Shown in pieces: positions 26,198 to 37,200 of a stretch of 64,000 nt of DNA (position 1 is its first letter; each line of letters begins with the position of its first letter). The position numbers and the translations under genes are program-made. Source of the DNA: Clostridiales bacterium (GTDB lineage: Bacteria > Bacillota > Clostridia > Saccharofermentanales > Saccharofermentanaceae). The stretch is from positions 1 to 64,000 of the forward strand of contig JAFWDK010000023.1 of assembly GCA_017513085.1 (NCBI GenBank), given 5' to 3'. Below the pieces are notes generated by a model. The model worked only from the letters and a program-made list of their open reading frames with translations. It made no database searches and had not been told where the DNA came from.

Positions 26198-28585
26198 TCA
26201 AAATGGTAGCTTTTTTCTGATCCGGATCAGATCGAAAAGGTTTCTTCTGTATCGCCTGGATTTCACATACAGCGCATCCAGATGCTTCTCTTCTGCCTCG
26301 ACCAGCTGCTTTCGTTCTTCCTCCGTGATGCCTTCTCTACTGAATGCCGCCTTCATCGCGACCAGTTCACCCTTTTCGGAAGATCTGCCCTTTAATATCT
26401 TCGCCATTATCCGGAAGTATTTGTAGTATGCCCGGCTACTGAGGTTGATATCCTTGTTCCGCATCTTCGTTTTCCAATACAACTGGAATCCGAACCGAAT
26501 CCCCAACACCAGCACAAGCAGAGCACCCACGATGATCAGGAAGTGGATCATGAATGCGAACAATTTATTGAAGATCCCTTCAATAAATCTCGAACCGCTA
26601 AATGACTCATCCTCCTCTTGCCAGATTCCGTTGCCTGCCCCCTCGCTATGGCTGTCGGGATTGGCCGCTGTATTTTCCGTTACCGGCGTTGGCGTCGCAC
26701 GCGGTCTTGGCGTGACAAAAGTCGTTTCCGATCCGTACTTATATGCGATCGCATTGAAATTATAGTAACTTGCCGCTGTTTTATTTCCCGGAGTCGGGTC
26801 ATCCATCACCCATCCGTAGTCCGGGTGGAAATACTCGATCCATGCATGTGCGTTGGCAGTCGTGACCTCATGGCTGACGCCATCTTCCACATCTGTCAGA
26901 AGATATCCTCTGACATAACGGGCAGGTATCCCGAGCAGACGCAGAAGTACAACCGCTGTCGTCGCATAGTGCACACAAAAACCGGTCTTACTGTCGTGCA
27001 GGAACCAGCCGACAAAATCCATGTCTGAGGGAGGGAATGGCGTTTCCGCATCATATTCCCGCAAGGTCCGGACATAGGAAACGACCTTCTCCACGATCGT
27101 TTCTGTCGGCATGTTCACGCTTCCCGTCAGGATCTCCTGGTACCAATCCGGAAGCATGCCCGAGTCTAACACGCTTTTGAGTGTCTCGTCCGGGATCGAC
27201 AGGCAGTCCTCATAGATAAGATCCAGATATTCTTGCGTCCACTTCGGTGTATAGCGGACCGGCGCGTTATCGTAGGCATAGATATACTCTTTACCGCCAT
27301 CGTCCAGATGCACTTTCTCATTCATGTTATATGCTTCTCTTACCGAAATCTCCGGGGATTCCACATATGCACGGCTTTCCGGATCCAGGTGATACTGATC
27401 GACATAATACGGAATAAAAGCGTAGTCCGCATCAAATTCAGAAGTGACGTGCAGCGTATATCTTGCTTCCCGCTGCGTGATCGGGATTTCCGTAAAATAA
27501 TCGGCAGGAACCAGATCCGCGGCCCTGGAGGCCCATGAATATCCGTCAAACCAACTCATGGAGGAAGTTTTCAGATAAAGGAACGGCGTATTGTTCGCGT
27601 TAGATTCCGGGTACCGGTCGTTCTTTTCACGCACGACTGACATAAATCTCACACTTGGAGGCGTAAAGTTTCCGGCCTTCAGAAGGTCTTCGGTCTCCAC
27701 CGACAGACGAAGCACATCATTAGCAAGATGGTCGATCCTCACGCTGCCAAAATATGTTGTTTCATAGACTTTGCTTAACCCTTCTCGGGTGACGCCGTTT
27801 CCCCACGGGATACGACGCGAAACGGATTCAACAAAATCCCGCACCGAGGCGAAACGCTTCCGCGCAATCTCATCGTTTCTGTACTTGCTTTGCGGATTCA
27901 AAAGCACCAGAAACAGAAGTACTGCAAGGATCGGAAGGAACAAGACCGTCAGGTTCTGATAGGTGTTCTCCTTAGCGCTTTTCCTAACGTTACGGAAAAG
28001 GAAAAGCATCAGGATCCCGCATATCATGCCCACGCTCGAGGCGGTCGTCGGGGACCGGTAATTCAAGGAAAACGAGCATACGAGGAATGGAAGATAGCCC
28101 AGAAGCGCAAAGATGATCGGTTTCTTCCGAATGATCACCCAGGTAGTCAGAAATGCCGGGATCGTCGAAACCATCGACAGGAAGAACGTCATGCCGAAAG
28201 GATTTTCCATATAGTCCCCACCGGATCCTGGCAAGAAGCTGAGAGCATCATTTCCGAGTTTCGTGATAAATTGTGCCGCTGCGTCCTGGATCATCATGAT
28301 ATTCAGCATCATAGATCCTCCGAGCAGCAACACCAGCGCACCTATAACGATCAAGGTCAGGCGTATATCTTTTCTGGCGTGGATATAACTGAATCCGAAA
28401 GAAAAGATCGGGATAAAGAATATGAAACCGAATGTATCTGTCGCCAGATCATAGACACTCGTGAGCAACGACACGCTTGCAATGCCCAGAAGCGATGCCA
28501 TAAATCCCGCGAAGAAAAACGCCCATGGCGGAAGGCTTTCGCCCTGAGGGAAAGATAGGGTAAGAGGTGCTTTTTCATTGTTCAT
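26198..28585 (-). CDS. Membrane transglutaminase-like protein, copy 2
   Basis: Multi-TM N-terminus; GFCVHYAT, HAWIE, DPTP; same layout as copy 1. Confidence 0.88.
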   Translation of the reverse strand: MNNEKAPLTLSFPQGESLPPWAFFFAGFMASLLGIASVSLLTSVYDLATDTFGFIFFIPIFSFGFSYIHARKDIRLTLIVIGALVLLLGGSMMLNIMMIQDAAAQFITKLGNDALSFLPGSGGDYMENPFGMTFFLSMVSTIPAFLTTWVIIRKKPIIFALLGYLPFLVCSFSLNYRSPTTASSVGMICGILMLFLFRNVRKSAKENTYQNLTVLFLPILAVLLFLVLLNPQSKYRNDEIARKRFASVRDFVESVSRRIPWGNGVTREGLSKVYETTYFGSVRIDHLANDVLRLSVETEDLLKAGNFTPPSVRFMSVVREKNDRYPESNANNTPFLYLKTSSMSWFDGYSWASRAADLVPADYFTEIPITQREARYTLHVTSEFDADYAFIPYYVDQYHLDPESRAYVESPEISVREAYNMNEKVHLDDGGKEYIYAYDNAPVRYTPKWTQEYLDLIYEDCLSIPDETLKSVLDSGMLPDWYQEILTGSVNMPTETIVEKVVSYVRTLREYDAETPFPPSDMDFVGWFLHDSKTGFCVHYATTAVVLLRLLGIPARYVRGYLLTDVEDGVSHEVTTANAHAWIEYFHPDYGWVMDDPTPGNKTAASYYNFNAIAYKYGSETTFVTPRPRATPTPVTENTAANPDSHSEGAGNGIWQEEDESFSGSRFIEGIFNKLFAFMIHFLIIVGALLVLVLGIRFGFQLYWKTKMRNKDINLSSRAYYKYFRIMAKILKGRSSEKGELVAMKAAFSREGITEEERKQLVEAEEKHLDALYVKSRRYRRNLFDLIRIRKKLPF

Positions 28586-29477
28586 TCGGAAGCCCTCCTT
28601 CTATCTTCATCCGCAATATGCGACGCATCGTACGGTCCATCTCCTGCTTGGAACGGACTTCGAAGACCTGTGATTTTTTGTATCGGGAAACGATCTTGAC
28701 ACTCACCGGAATATCCTTGGCAAGAAAATACCGGATCGTAAAAAGCACTTCGCCCAGATTTTGATCCACGGTATCTCTTGTGCCCACGAGCGGCATCTCG
28801 ACGCGTGCCCGGCCGTGTGTCTCTTCTTGTGGCTCTCGAACCAGGATCTCGTCTTTTTTGGCAGACATCTTCCAGTGTACGTTTTTGATCGGGTCGCCAG
28901 GTATATATTCCCGGATGTCATATAGTTCGGAATAAGGTGAAACAGACTTCGACAATATCTTGGCCCGGAAGCCGTTCGAATCCGTCACGATCTCCGGCAT
29001 GCGCTGTATCGGCAATACCGGGATCTCGCCCTTAAGGTCAGCTTTTCTTGGGATCGGGATCAGACCGAACATGTCATAGACGCGCACCTTAAGCGACTCG
29101 ATCATATACGTACCGCAATGCTCTGTGTTGAGATTCACGGAATAATCCGTGCCGATCTGACAGACAAAGTGGTACTTTTGTATTTCGCCGCTCATCAGTT
29201 CTATGATAGTCATACGTACGGAATAAAGCTGTCCGGGAAGATTCTTTCCGCTCTTCGTGGAAAACACGATATCCGTTTCCATATTCATGGTGATCATCGG
29301 AGGAACTTTCAGGCGCACCTGAAAAAAGAGCGCCGTGCAGAAGCTGAAAACTATGGCGATCACCGGAATGGCGCCCAAAACCAGAAGCCAATACCAGGCA
29401 AACCACTGCTCATACACCAGGAAAAAAGCGATGGACCCTAAAACGGTAAGAATATAGATGATCCAATTCTTTACCAT
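28575..29477 (-). CDS. DUF58 family protein, copy 2
   Basis: DMFGL; IREYIPGDPIKNVHWKMSAK; colinear with 16762..17670. Confidence 0.88.
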   Translation of the reverse strand: MVKNWIIYILTVLGSIAFFLVYEQWFAWYWLLVLGAIPVIAIVFSFCTALFFQVRLKVPPMITMNMETDIVFSTKSGKNLPGQLYSVRMTIIELMSGEIQKYHFVCQIGTDYSVNLNTEHCGTYMIESLKVRVYDMFGLIPIPRKADLKGEIPVLPIQRMPEIVTDSNGFRAKILSKSVSPYSELYDIREYIPGDPIKNVHWKMSAKKDEILVREPQEETHGRARVEMPLVGTRDTVDQNLGEVLFTIRYFLAKDIPVSVKIVSRYKKSQVFEVRSKQEMDRTMRRILRMKIEGGLPNEQ

Positions 29478-29479
29478 TT

Positions 29480-30412
29480 TTATTTCCCCGAAACGCGTGT
29501 CTTCTTTACGATCTCTTCGGCAATCTTTTCCGTCTTCACTTCATTGAATTCTGCTTCCGGTGTCAGGATAAAACGGTGACTCATGACCGGAACAAATACT
29601 CTTTGCACATCTTCATCCGAAACGAAATCCCGGCCATCCATATATGCATAAGCTCTCGCCATTGCCGTCATGGCCAGCGTCGCACGAGGACTCGCGCCAC
29701 GTTCCAGGTCCGGGTGATTTCTGGTTGCATCCGCAAGCGCAACGATATAATCGAAAAGACGGTCGCGGATATGCACCTTGGAAGCTTCCTGCTGCATACG
29801 CACAAGATCTTCCGCGCTGCAGACCCGTTCTATGGTCTTCATCGGATCATTTCCATCCTGGCGGCTCATCAGCATGGCTTTTTCATCTTCATTTTTCGGA
29901 TATCCCATGGAAATGCGCACGGAGAAGCGGTCCATCTGCGAGTCAGGCAGAAGTGACGTTCCCGAGGCTCCGGACGGGTTCTGTGTGGCAAATACGATAA
30001 ACGGGCTCGGGAGCGGATATGTTTTCTCATCCACCGTAACCTGCCCCTCTTCCATAGCTTCCAGGAACGCGGACTGCGTACGTGAGGAAGCACGGTTCAG
30101 CTCATCGGCAAGGAAAAGATTGTGGAATATCGCACCTTTCTGATAGTGCATCTCCTTAGTGTCTTTATCGAAAACGGAAAAACCGGTAATATCGGAAGGC
30201 AGTACGTCCGGCGTAAACTGCACGCGTCCGTAGTCCAGGCCCATGGTCTTGGAAAAGGCCAATACCATCGAAGTCTTACCCACTCCCGGCACATCCTCGA
30301 TAAGGATATGTCCTCCGGACAGCATCGCCGTCATTACCAAACGGATCACTTCATCTTTTCCGCAAATAACTTTTTTAACTTCTTCAATGACCTGATTCTT
30401 TACATCCGACAT
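29480..30412 (-). CDS. moxR: MoxR family AAA+ ATPase, copy 2
   Basis: EDVPGVGKT, QFTPDVLPSDITG, ADELNR, ATQNP, GASPRA; 310 aa like copy 1. Confidence 0.93.
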   Translation of the reverse strand: MSDVKNQVIEEVKKVICGKDEVIRLVMTAMLSGGHILIEDVPGVGKTSMVLAFSKTMGLDYGRVQFTPDVLPSDITGFSVFDKDTKEMHYQKGAIFHNLFLADELNRASSRTQSAFLEAMEEGQVTVDEKTYPLPSPFIVFATQNPSGASGTSLLPDSQMDRFSVRISMGYPKNEDEKAMLMSRQDGNDPMKTIERVCSAEDLVRMQQEASKVHIRDRLFDYIVALADATRNHPDLERGASPRATLAMTAMARAYAYMDGRDFVSDEDVQRVFVPVMSHRFILTPEAEFNEVKTEKIAEEIVKKTRVSGK

Positions 30413-30536
30413 AGATCTACCCGCCGTTTCCTGCTATTCTGCCAGTCTCATTCAGAAGACGTCGCACTATATAAGCATTGTAACGAATGGAGGCGGCAAA
30501 AAATACGGACAGGTTAAAGACAATACAGGGAGAAAA

Positions 30537-31535
30537 TTAAGTTTCCAGAGCTTTTCTCAGGTGCTCGTGATACTGTTTGACGACGCTTTCCGGCCCGTAT
30601 ATTCCAAAAGCACCTTCGTACTGACTTACCCACGAGAAAAACGTCGGACTGATGCTGGCCGTGACGTTGGCAATCAGGTAATCCGCATTTTCAGGATCGG
30701 GGAAGATCGAAACATCCTGACTGAAACGATCGTAAAACTGTGTCAGCATATCCTTCCGGAACCGAAGCTGTACAGGTTCCGGCTTATTTCCATACATGCT
30801 GAAGGATGCTTCCACATAGCGGGCCACCTGGAAGTTCTTCGGCGGAGACACGAGTTTCTTCTTGGATTCGACGTGCACTTCCTTCATACGGTCGATACGG
30901 AAATGCCAGATCGCATCTTCCTTGCCGGCCGGATCCTTGTCCGGTCTCGCGCCGATGCAGTAATAGAAGCCGTTATGCCAGATCAGCGCAAAAGGATGCA
31001 GGACGTATCTTTGCCCGTCATGCTTATAGACTTCGCCTTCGCCGAAGCGGTATTCGATATACAGAAAAGAGACCGGGTGACCTTCATGCATGGCCTTTCG
31101 GATCCGGTTCGTGGTATAGATAAAATCGTTATTGGAAGAATGGTGACGCCCAATATAGTGGATCTGTTCATTTAATTCCGCCGCATGCCCTTTCGAAGTC
31201 AGGCTCTTCAGTTTCCGGATCAGCGTCGCCTTCTTCTTCTCGGTCATGAATCCGGCTGATTCCACGGCATCGATGAGGATCATGATCTCTTCCACTTCAA
31301 AATCTCTTTGTTCAATATAATAGCGGGGCGGACGGCCGAAACTTTCCAGCGCGGTCGAAGACGCCTTGATAGCTTCAAAGTCTTTGTAAAGCGCTTTGCG
31401 CTCAACGGAAAAGCCGCGCTCTTCAAGCTTCCCGAGTATCTCCTGGGTAGAAAGGCCATGATTCTCATCTGTCTCTTTGAGAAGGATCTCCAGAAGACTC
31501 AAAAGTCTTCCTCTGCCGTTTTCTGTATTGCCCAT
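30537..31535 (-). CDS. WYL-domain transcriptional regulator (wHTH-WYL-WCX)
   Basis: N-terminal wHTH (ETDENH.LS...ERKALYKD); F.Y, P.ALIW.NG.YY, FRIDRM. Confidence 0.88.
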   Translation of the reverse strand: MGNTENGRGRLLSLLEILLKETDENHGLSTQEILGKLEERGFSVERKALYKDFEAIKASSTALESFGRPPRYYIEQRDFEVEEIMILIDAVESAGFMTEKKKATLIRKLKSLTSKGHAAELNEQIHYIGRHHSSNNDFIYTTNRIRKAMHEGHPVSFLYIEYRFGEGEVYKHDGQRYVLHPFALIWHNGFYYCIGARPDKDPAGKEDAIWHFRIDRMKEVHVESKKKLVSPPKNFQVARYVEASFSMYGNKPEPVQLRFRKDMLTQFYDRFSQDVSIFPDPENADYLIANVTASISPTFFSWVSQYEGAFGIYGPESVVKQYHEHLRKALET

Positions 31536-31619
31536 TGTCCTTCCTCCCTTGCTATATATTATTTATTCTTTTCTAATTATATCTTTTTTCCTTCATAAAT
31601 AGAACTTTGCTAACTACCG

Positions 31620-31759
31620 TGATATAATTATTAGGCTTATGCGCCATCGTAAGTTACGGGGATATTCCAACGAAGGGTTCCCCCCTTTCCGTCGGCATTT
31701 TCTCCCCTTAGAAAAGCCCATCTGTTCCGACCGGCATCCGGGATACCGGCGGAGTTTTT
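31620..31759 (+). promoter_or_regulatory. Extended -10 promoter and structured 5' leader with terminator-like hairpin
   Basis: TGaTATAAT at 31620-31628; GC-rich stems; hairpin at 31726-31753 followed by GTTTTT, ~30 nt before the start codon. Confidence 0.45.
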
Positions 31760-31788
31760 ACGGGTAAGATATGAAAAGAGGACGTTCA

Positions 31789-33093
31789 ATGAATTCAATT
31801 TATGCAGATATTGCTGTCGCTGCGCCGAAGATCCTTCTTCCGAAAAAGGGAGTCGACCTTTCCAAATGGGCGGTCATCGCATGCGACCAGTTTACTTCTG
31901 AGCCGAAATACTGGGAACAGGTCGAGGAGATCGTCGGCACGAAGCCGTCCACGCTCCGTATGTTTCTGCCGGAGGTTTATCTCGAGAAGTGTCCGGTAGA
32001 AGAGATCGAGAAGAAGCTTTCCGATATCTCTTCTTCCATCAATGAATATCTGTCCGAGGGTATCCTGGAGGAGCTTGCTCCGGGTTTCATCCTTCTGGAC
32101 AGAAAGACCAAGTATAACGATTCCCGCCGCGGTCTGATGCTGGCGCTGGACCTGGAACAATATGATTTTACTCCGGGCAACAAGAGCCGCATCCGCGCAA
32201 CAGAGGGTACCGTTCTTTCCCGTATTCCCCCGAGAGTCCGCATCCGTGAGCGCGCTCCGATCGAGATGCCGCACATCATGGTGCTCATCGATGACCCGAA
32301 CCGCACGGTCATTGAGCCGGCGTGGGATGCACTTTCTTCCGACCCTGACAATCTCGTGTACGATACCGATCTCATGATGGAAGGCGGCCACGTCAAGGGC
32401 TACTTCACTAAGGACGGTTCTGATGTGGCCAATAAGATCGTCGAGGCACTTCGCGACCTTCTTGCTGCTTCTGATGACGGATTCCTTTTTGCCGTCGGCG
32501 ACGGAAACCATTCCCTTGCTACAGCAAAGACGCATTGGGAAAACATCCGCGAGAAGCTTTCCGCCGAAGACCGCCTGACACATCCGGCACGTTACTGCCT
32601 GGTCGAGATCGTGAATATCCATGATGAGGGATTGAAATTCGAACCGATCCATCGTGTTACCTTCGGTCTTTCCGTAGAGGAATTCAAGAAGCGTGCCGCT
32701 TCCTATTTCGCCGACCAGCAAGTCTCCTTTACCGACGCAAGTGCTTTTGCCAAGGAAGGCAGAAACGATGGTTCGCAGGCGATCCTGGTGACAAACGGCA
32801 AAGAAGATCTGTGTCTTTTGATCGGGAAACCGAAGCATACTTTGGCTGTCGGAACTCTTGCCGGATTCCTGGATTCGATCGAAGAAACCGATAAGATCCA
32901 TACGGACTATATCCACGGCGAAGACTCCGTCCGTTCTCTGGCCAACGAGAACTGTCTGGGATTCCTTCTTCCGGATGTTTCCAAGAATTCTTTCTTTGAG
33001 ACGATCTCCCGGGAAGGCGTATTCCCGAGAAAGACTTTCTCCATGGGCGAAGCTCCGGAGAAGCGTTACTATCTGGAAGCAAAGATGATCTGA
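31789..33093 (+). CDS. DUF1015 family protein
   Basis: WAVIACDQFTS, IRATEGT, FAVGDGNHSLATAK, FEPIHR, PRKTFSMG; AAGAGG RBS favours the ATG at 31789 (ORF open to 31771). Confidence 0.85.
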   Translation: MNSIYADIAVAAPKILLPKKGVDLSKWAVIACDQFTSEPKYWEQVEEIVGTKPSTLRMFLPEVYLEKCPVEEIEKKLSDISSSINEYLSEGILEELAPGFILLDRKTKYNDSRRGLMLALDLEQYDFTPGNKSRIRATEGTVLSRIPPRVRIRERAPIEMPHIMVLIDDPNRTVIEPAWDALSSDPDNLVYDTDLMMEGGHVKGYFTKDGSDVANKIVEALRDLLAASDDGFLFAVGDGNHSLATAKTHWENIREKLSAEDRLTHPARYCLVEIVNIHDEGLKFEPIHRVTFGLSVEEFKKRAASYFADQQVSFTDASAFAKEGRNDGSQAILVTNGKEDLCLLIGKPKHTLAVGTLAGFLDSIEETDKIHTDYIHGEDSVRSLANENCLGFLLPDVSKNSFFETISREGVFPRKTFSMGEAPEKRYYLEAKMI

Positions 33094-33145
33094 TGGTTGC
33101 TTTGTCCTTTGGGGCAAGACCGTAAGTTTTAGAGGTAGAGGGTAC

Positions 33146-34219
33146 ATGGCTGAGAAAACGTCTATTTGTGTAATCGGCGCCGGGCTTTCCGGTCTGGTTT
33201 GTGCATATAAGCTTGCACAGGCCGGTTTTCGCGTACAAGTCGTCGAGCAGCAATCCACGCCGGGTGGCATGCTGGCCTGTTCCCGTCTCGGCTCTGATTA
33301 CATCGAGCTTCTGCCTCACCATATCCGCAAAAGCGATCGTGCGCTGATAGCTCTTCTGAAGGACCTTGGTCTTTCCGACGAACTGCAATGGTACGATTCT
33401 CTTTGGTATGGGCGTGCAAGCAAAAAGAAACTGGGATATCTCAACAACGGGTTTCACTCCCTGCTTTCCGCTCTGGTTCAGGAGATCACTGATAACGAGG
33501 GTATCATCCAGTACGGATATACTGTGACGGAGATTGCCGAGAGCGAGGATCCGACGAGACCGAAATACCGTGTCCGCTGCATTCTGGCCGACACCACATC
33601 GATCATACTGGAATGTGATACGATCCTTTATACCGGTTCCTGCCGTAACCTCGTGCACATCACCCATCCGTTGAATATGCCGACCGACTTCCGCGATTCT
33701 CTCATGGACGTAACCTATCAGGCCAACATGTGCCTTCTGATGCTGATGAAGTATCCTTTCACGGAATGTTACTCTCGAATGATCGATGATGATGAGCCAT
33801 TTCAGCGGATCATCCAGCACACCAGCATGGTCGGTGAACGCCGTTACGGCGGTCACGTGCTGTATCTGTCCGGAAGTTTCCAGACATCCGCTCCGCTCTG
33901 GACCGCATCTGACGCAGACGTGTTTAAGTCATTTTTCAAGCGTCTTCAGTATATGAATCCCAGCGTTTCCCGCTCAGCTGTCCGCACCTGGCGTTTGACC
34001 CGGACACGCTATGCCAAACCGCTCAACCGGCCTTCGGACGAACTGCTCGAGCCGGTTCCGCGCCTTTTTGTGTGCAGTCTGGCCATGTCTGAGATTGCCC
34101 AGCAGGATGACTCGAAATACCGCATGGACACATGTGTTGCCCAGGCAAACCTTACCGTTAACAAAATCAAGGAGGTTTTTTCTCATGAAAAAGAACTCAA
34201 GAACTTCGAAGAGCAGTAA
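33146..34219 (+). CDS. FAD-dependent oxidoreductase (protoporphyrinogen oxidase / amine oxidase-like fold)
   Basis: N-terminal VIGAGLSGL...VVE....GG dinucleotide-binding motif. Confidence 0.8.
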   Translation: MAEKTSICVIGAGLSGLVCAYKLAQAGFRVQVVEQQSTPGGMLACSRLGSDYIELLPHHIRKSDRALIALLKDLGLSDELQWYDSLWYGRASKKKLGYLNNGFHSLLSALVQEITDNEGIIQYGYTVTEIAESEDPTRPKYRVRCILADTTSIILECDTILYTGSCRNLVHITHPLNMPTDFRDSLMDVTYQANMCLLMLMKYPFTECYSRMIDDDEPFQRIIQHTSMVGERRYGGHVLYLSGSFQTSAPLWTASDADVFKSFFKRLQYMNPSVSRSAVRTWRLTRTRYAKPLNRPSDELLEPVPRLFVCSLAMSEIAQQDDSKYRMDTCVAQANLTVNKIKEVFSHEKELKNFEEQ

Positions 34220-37200
34220 TGCTTCGAAGTCAGGAAAGCGCTCCGGAAAAGCTTCGTTTTCCAACCAGACTGCCTACGAACCTGATCTGGATGTTTTGGG
34301 AAAGATGCCGACGATCTCGGCGACAGATATGCTTCTGCGTTTCCTGACACTTCTTGTGCCGGCTCTGGTTGCCTTGCTTGCCGGGCTTATTTTAAAAAAT
34401 GATCTCAGCAGTTTCTTTACCTGGTGGGCAGCTTTCTATCTTTACAGTTGGGCGACCTTTCCACTCGTTGCCTATTTCTTCCGCGGGTTTGTCTCAACAG
34501 GATATGGTCTTTCCAAGAGTCTCGGTATCCTTTTGACGACCGGACCGGTTTGGCTGATCTCTTATCTCGGCATCTGGCAGAGTTTTAACCGTCCTATGAC
34601 CTTTGTCATGTTTGCCATTCTTGTCGCGGTCTGCTGGGGAATCCCGAAGACACGACGCGCAGCTTTGATCTCGATCTGTGATAACAAAAACATCCGCCAC
34701 ATTCTTCTTGAAGAAATCATCTTTACGATCGTCTTTGTCTTCCTTCTCTTCTGCAAGGGTATCGAACCGAAGATCAATGGTGAAGAGAAATTCATGAACT
34801 TCGGCTTTATGAATTCCATGGTCCGCTACGACGGTCTTCCGGCGAAAGACCAGTGGCTGTCCGGTTATTCCATCAATTACTATTACTACGGACAATATAT
34901 CTTCTCCTATTTGACCAAGATGCTGGGCACCACGACCGGCGTGGCATACAACATTTCCATGTGTGCCGCTATCGCATTGCCTTTCTCGTCCGCTTTTACA
35001 CTCGGTCAGATGTTTATCGACGGACTCATGCAAAAGCGCGATTGTCCTGTATCCAAGTGGTACCTGCCTTTTGCAGGACTTCTTTCTTCTGCCTGCGTTA
35101 TCTTTTTCGGTAACTCCCACTCTTTCTTTTACGATGAACAGAGCTTCGGAAATAAGATCCTGAGCTGGGGACTGTGGCAGAAGCTCGGCATCCACATCGG
35201 TAAAACAACAGAATTTTTCTACCCGGATTCCACCCGTTTTATCGGACACAATCCTGACCTTATCCAGGAAGGCCTTTCAACAGTTGGAGATAAGACGATC
35301 CACGAATTCCCGTTTTACTCGTATCTGATCGGCGACCTGCACGCGCACGTAGTCAGCATGACAATCGTCCTTCTGATCACCGCATTTATCTTCGTAGCCG
35401 TATTCCGGGCCAAATACGATAATGACCGGGATCAGAAGATCGTTCGCTTCCGTGGATTTAAGAAAAACATTGTCGGCGAGATGGGGCATCTCTTCCGTCC
35501 GGAATTCTTCTTTGCCGCTTATCTTCTGGGTCTGGCCCAGATGTGCAACTACTGGGATTTCCTGATCTACTTTATTTTCTGCTCAATGGGACTTCTGGTC
35601 TATAACGCGAGGCGCTCGACTTACCTTTGTTCCTTTACGAGTTTCCTTGTCTTTATCTTCGAAGTCGGCGGAATCCTGGGTGTCTATCTGAAGTTTAACA
35701 GCAATGTTTTTGTTCACCTTTGCCTACAGATCGCAATCTTTGTGATCGCTTATCTGTTAACGACAGTCTTCCCGACTGCGATTTCCAGAACAGGCCTCGC
35801 CATGTCGATGCTGTTCTCGATCGCCAGCTTGATCTCTCTGTCTTTCAACCTCAAATTCGAGATGATCTCCAATTTCATCGCACTCACAGACAGACATACT
35901 TCTCTGTTCCAGTTCACAATCCTCTGGCTGATCCATTTCCTGATCCCGCTTGCCTTGATCGTGCTTGTCGTTTCAACCAAACGTCACAAATACAAGAAGA
36001 ATCTCCTCCCCATCCTTCCTGCACCGCTTCCATTGGTAAAACCTGCGATGGACTTTAAGAAGGAAAAGAATAGCGACACTACTTCTTCGGAAGACGAAGA
36101 CAGCCATATCGAGAAGAGTGATTCTGATGATCGTTCTGCGGATCCGGACCTCGACTTCGACCCGGATACAGTCGTCAATAAAGCGCATATTCATCGTGCC
36201 CAGGACGCTTCGTCCGATCCTGATGTGAACGGCGGCACTTCTGATGAGGATGCAGATCCGAGTTTCCTGGCCCGTATCGCTTTACTGTTCCGCACACTGG
36301 ATTACTATTTCGCTAAGTTCGGTGATTTCCTGCTTTGCAAATTCTTCCGTCTGCGTTCCATCGTGGATATCTTCATGGTAGGCATGAGTTTTGTCGGCAT
36401 GATGATGATCCTCGCTCCGGAGATCATCTATGTACGCGATATCTATGGAGATGAATACCAGCGTTCCAACACCATGTTTAAGTTTACCTTTGCCGGATTC
36501 ATCATGCTGTCACTGGTTATCGGTTATACCGTATTCCGCTTTATGGCACATGTCACCCGGAAAGGAAATCTTTCCAACTGGGGTTTGACCGTTTCCATCA
36601 TCATGATCGTCCTGATCATCTTTATCCCGGGACACTATACATTACGTTCTCTCGATCAGCGCTCCGGCGAGATCAGCTCCGAACGCTATCAAGGTCTCGA
36701 TGGTACCGCATACTTGACCACCTACCAGTCTTCCTACTGGTTTGATGACCACAGGTATGATGACGACCGGGATCTCAAGAGCTACGAAGGAAATCTGATG
36801 GCCTATAAAGAAGCCATTGATTGGTTTAACTCCAATGTCAAGGGCAGCAAGAACATCTGCGAAGCCCATGGATTAAGCTATTCGGATAAATGTATCATCT
36901 CATCGTACACAGGTCTTCCGACCATTGCCGGCTGGCAGACACACGAGCAGTTGTGGCACTTCCAGGGCATGATCGATGACGAAGGAAATTTCGTGGCAGA
37001 TCCGGAAAGGGACGGCTGGAATAATATCGTCGGCCCGCGTTATGGTGATCTGCAGACCATCTACTCCTCTGCTGATGTCGATGAGGTCAGCAGACTACTG
37101 CACCTCTACGATGTAACTTATGTTATCTGCGGTGACATGGAACTGAGTCAGATGCATATCGTCAATTACTCCGTCTTCGATCAGATCGGCCAGGTGGTCT

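Noticed and set aside
34011-34184. N-terminal extension of the YYY protein ORF
   Set aside because: Lies inside the upstream gene; AAGGAGG supports the start at 34185
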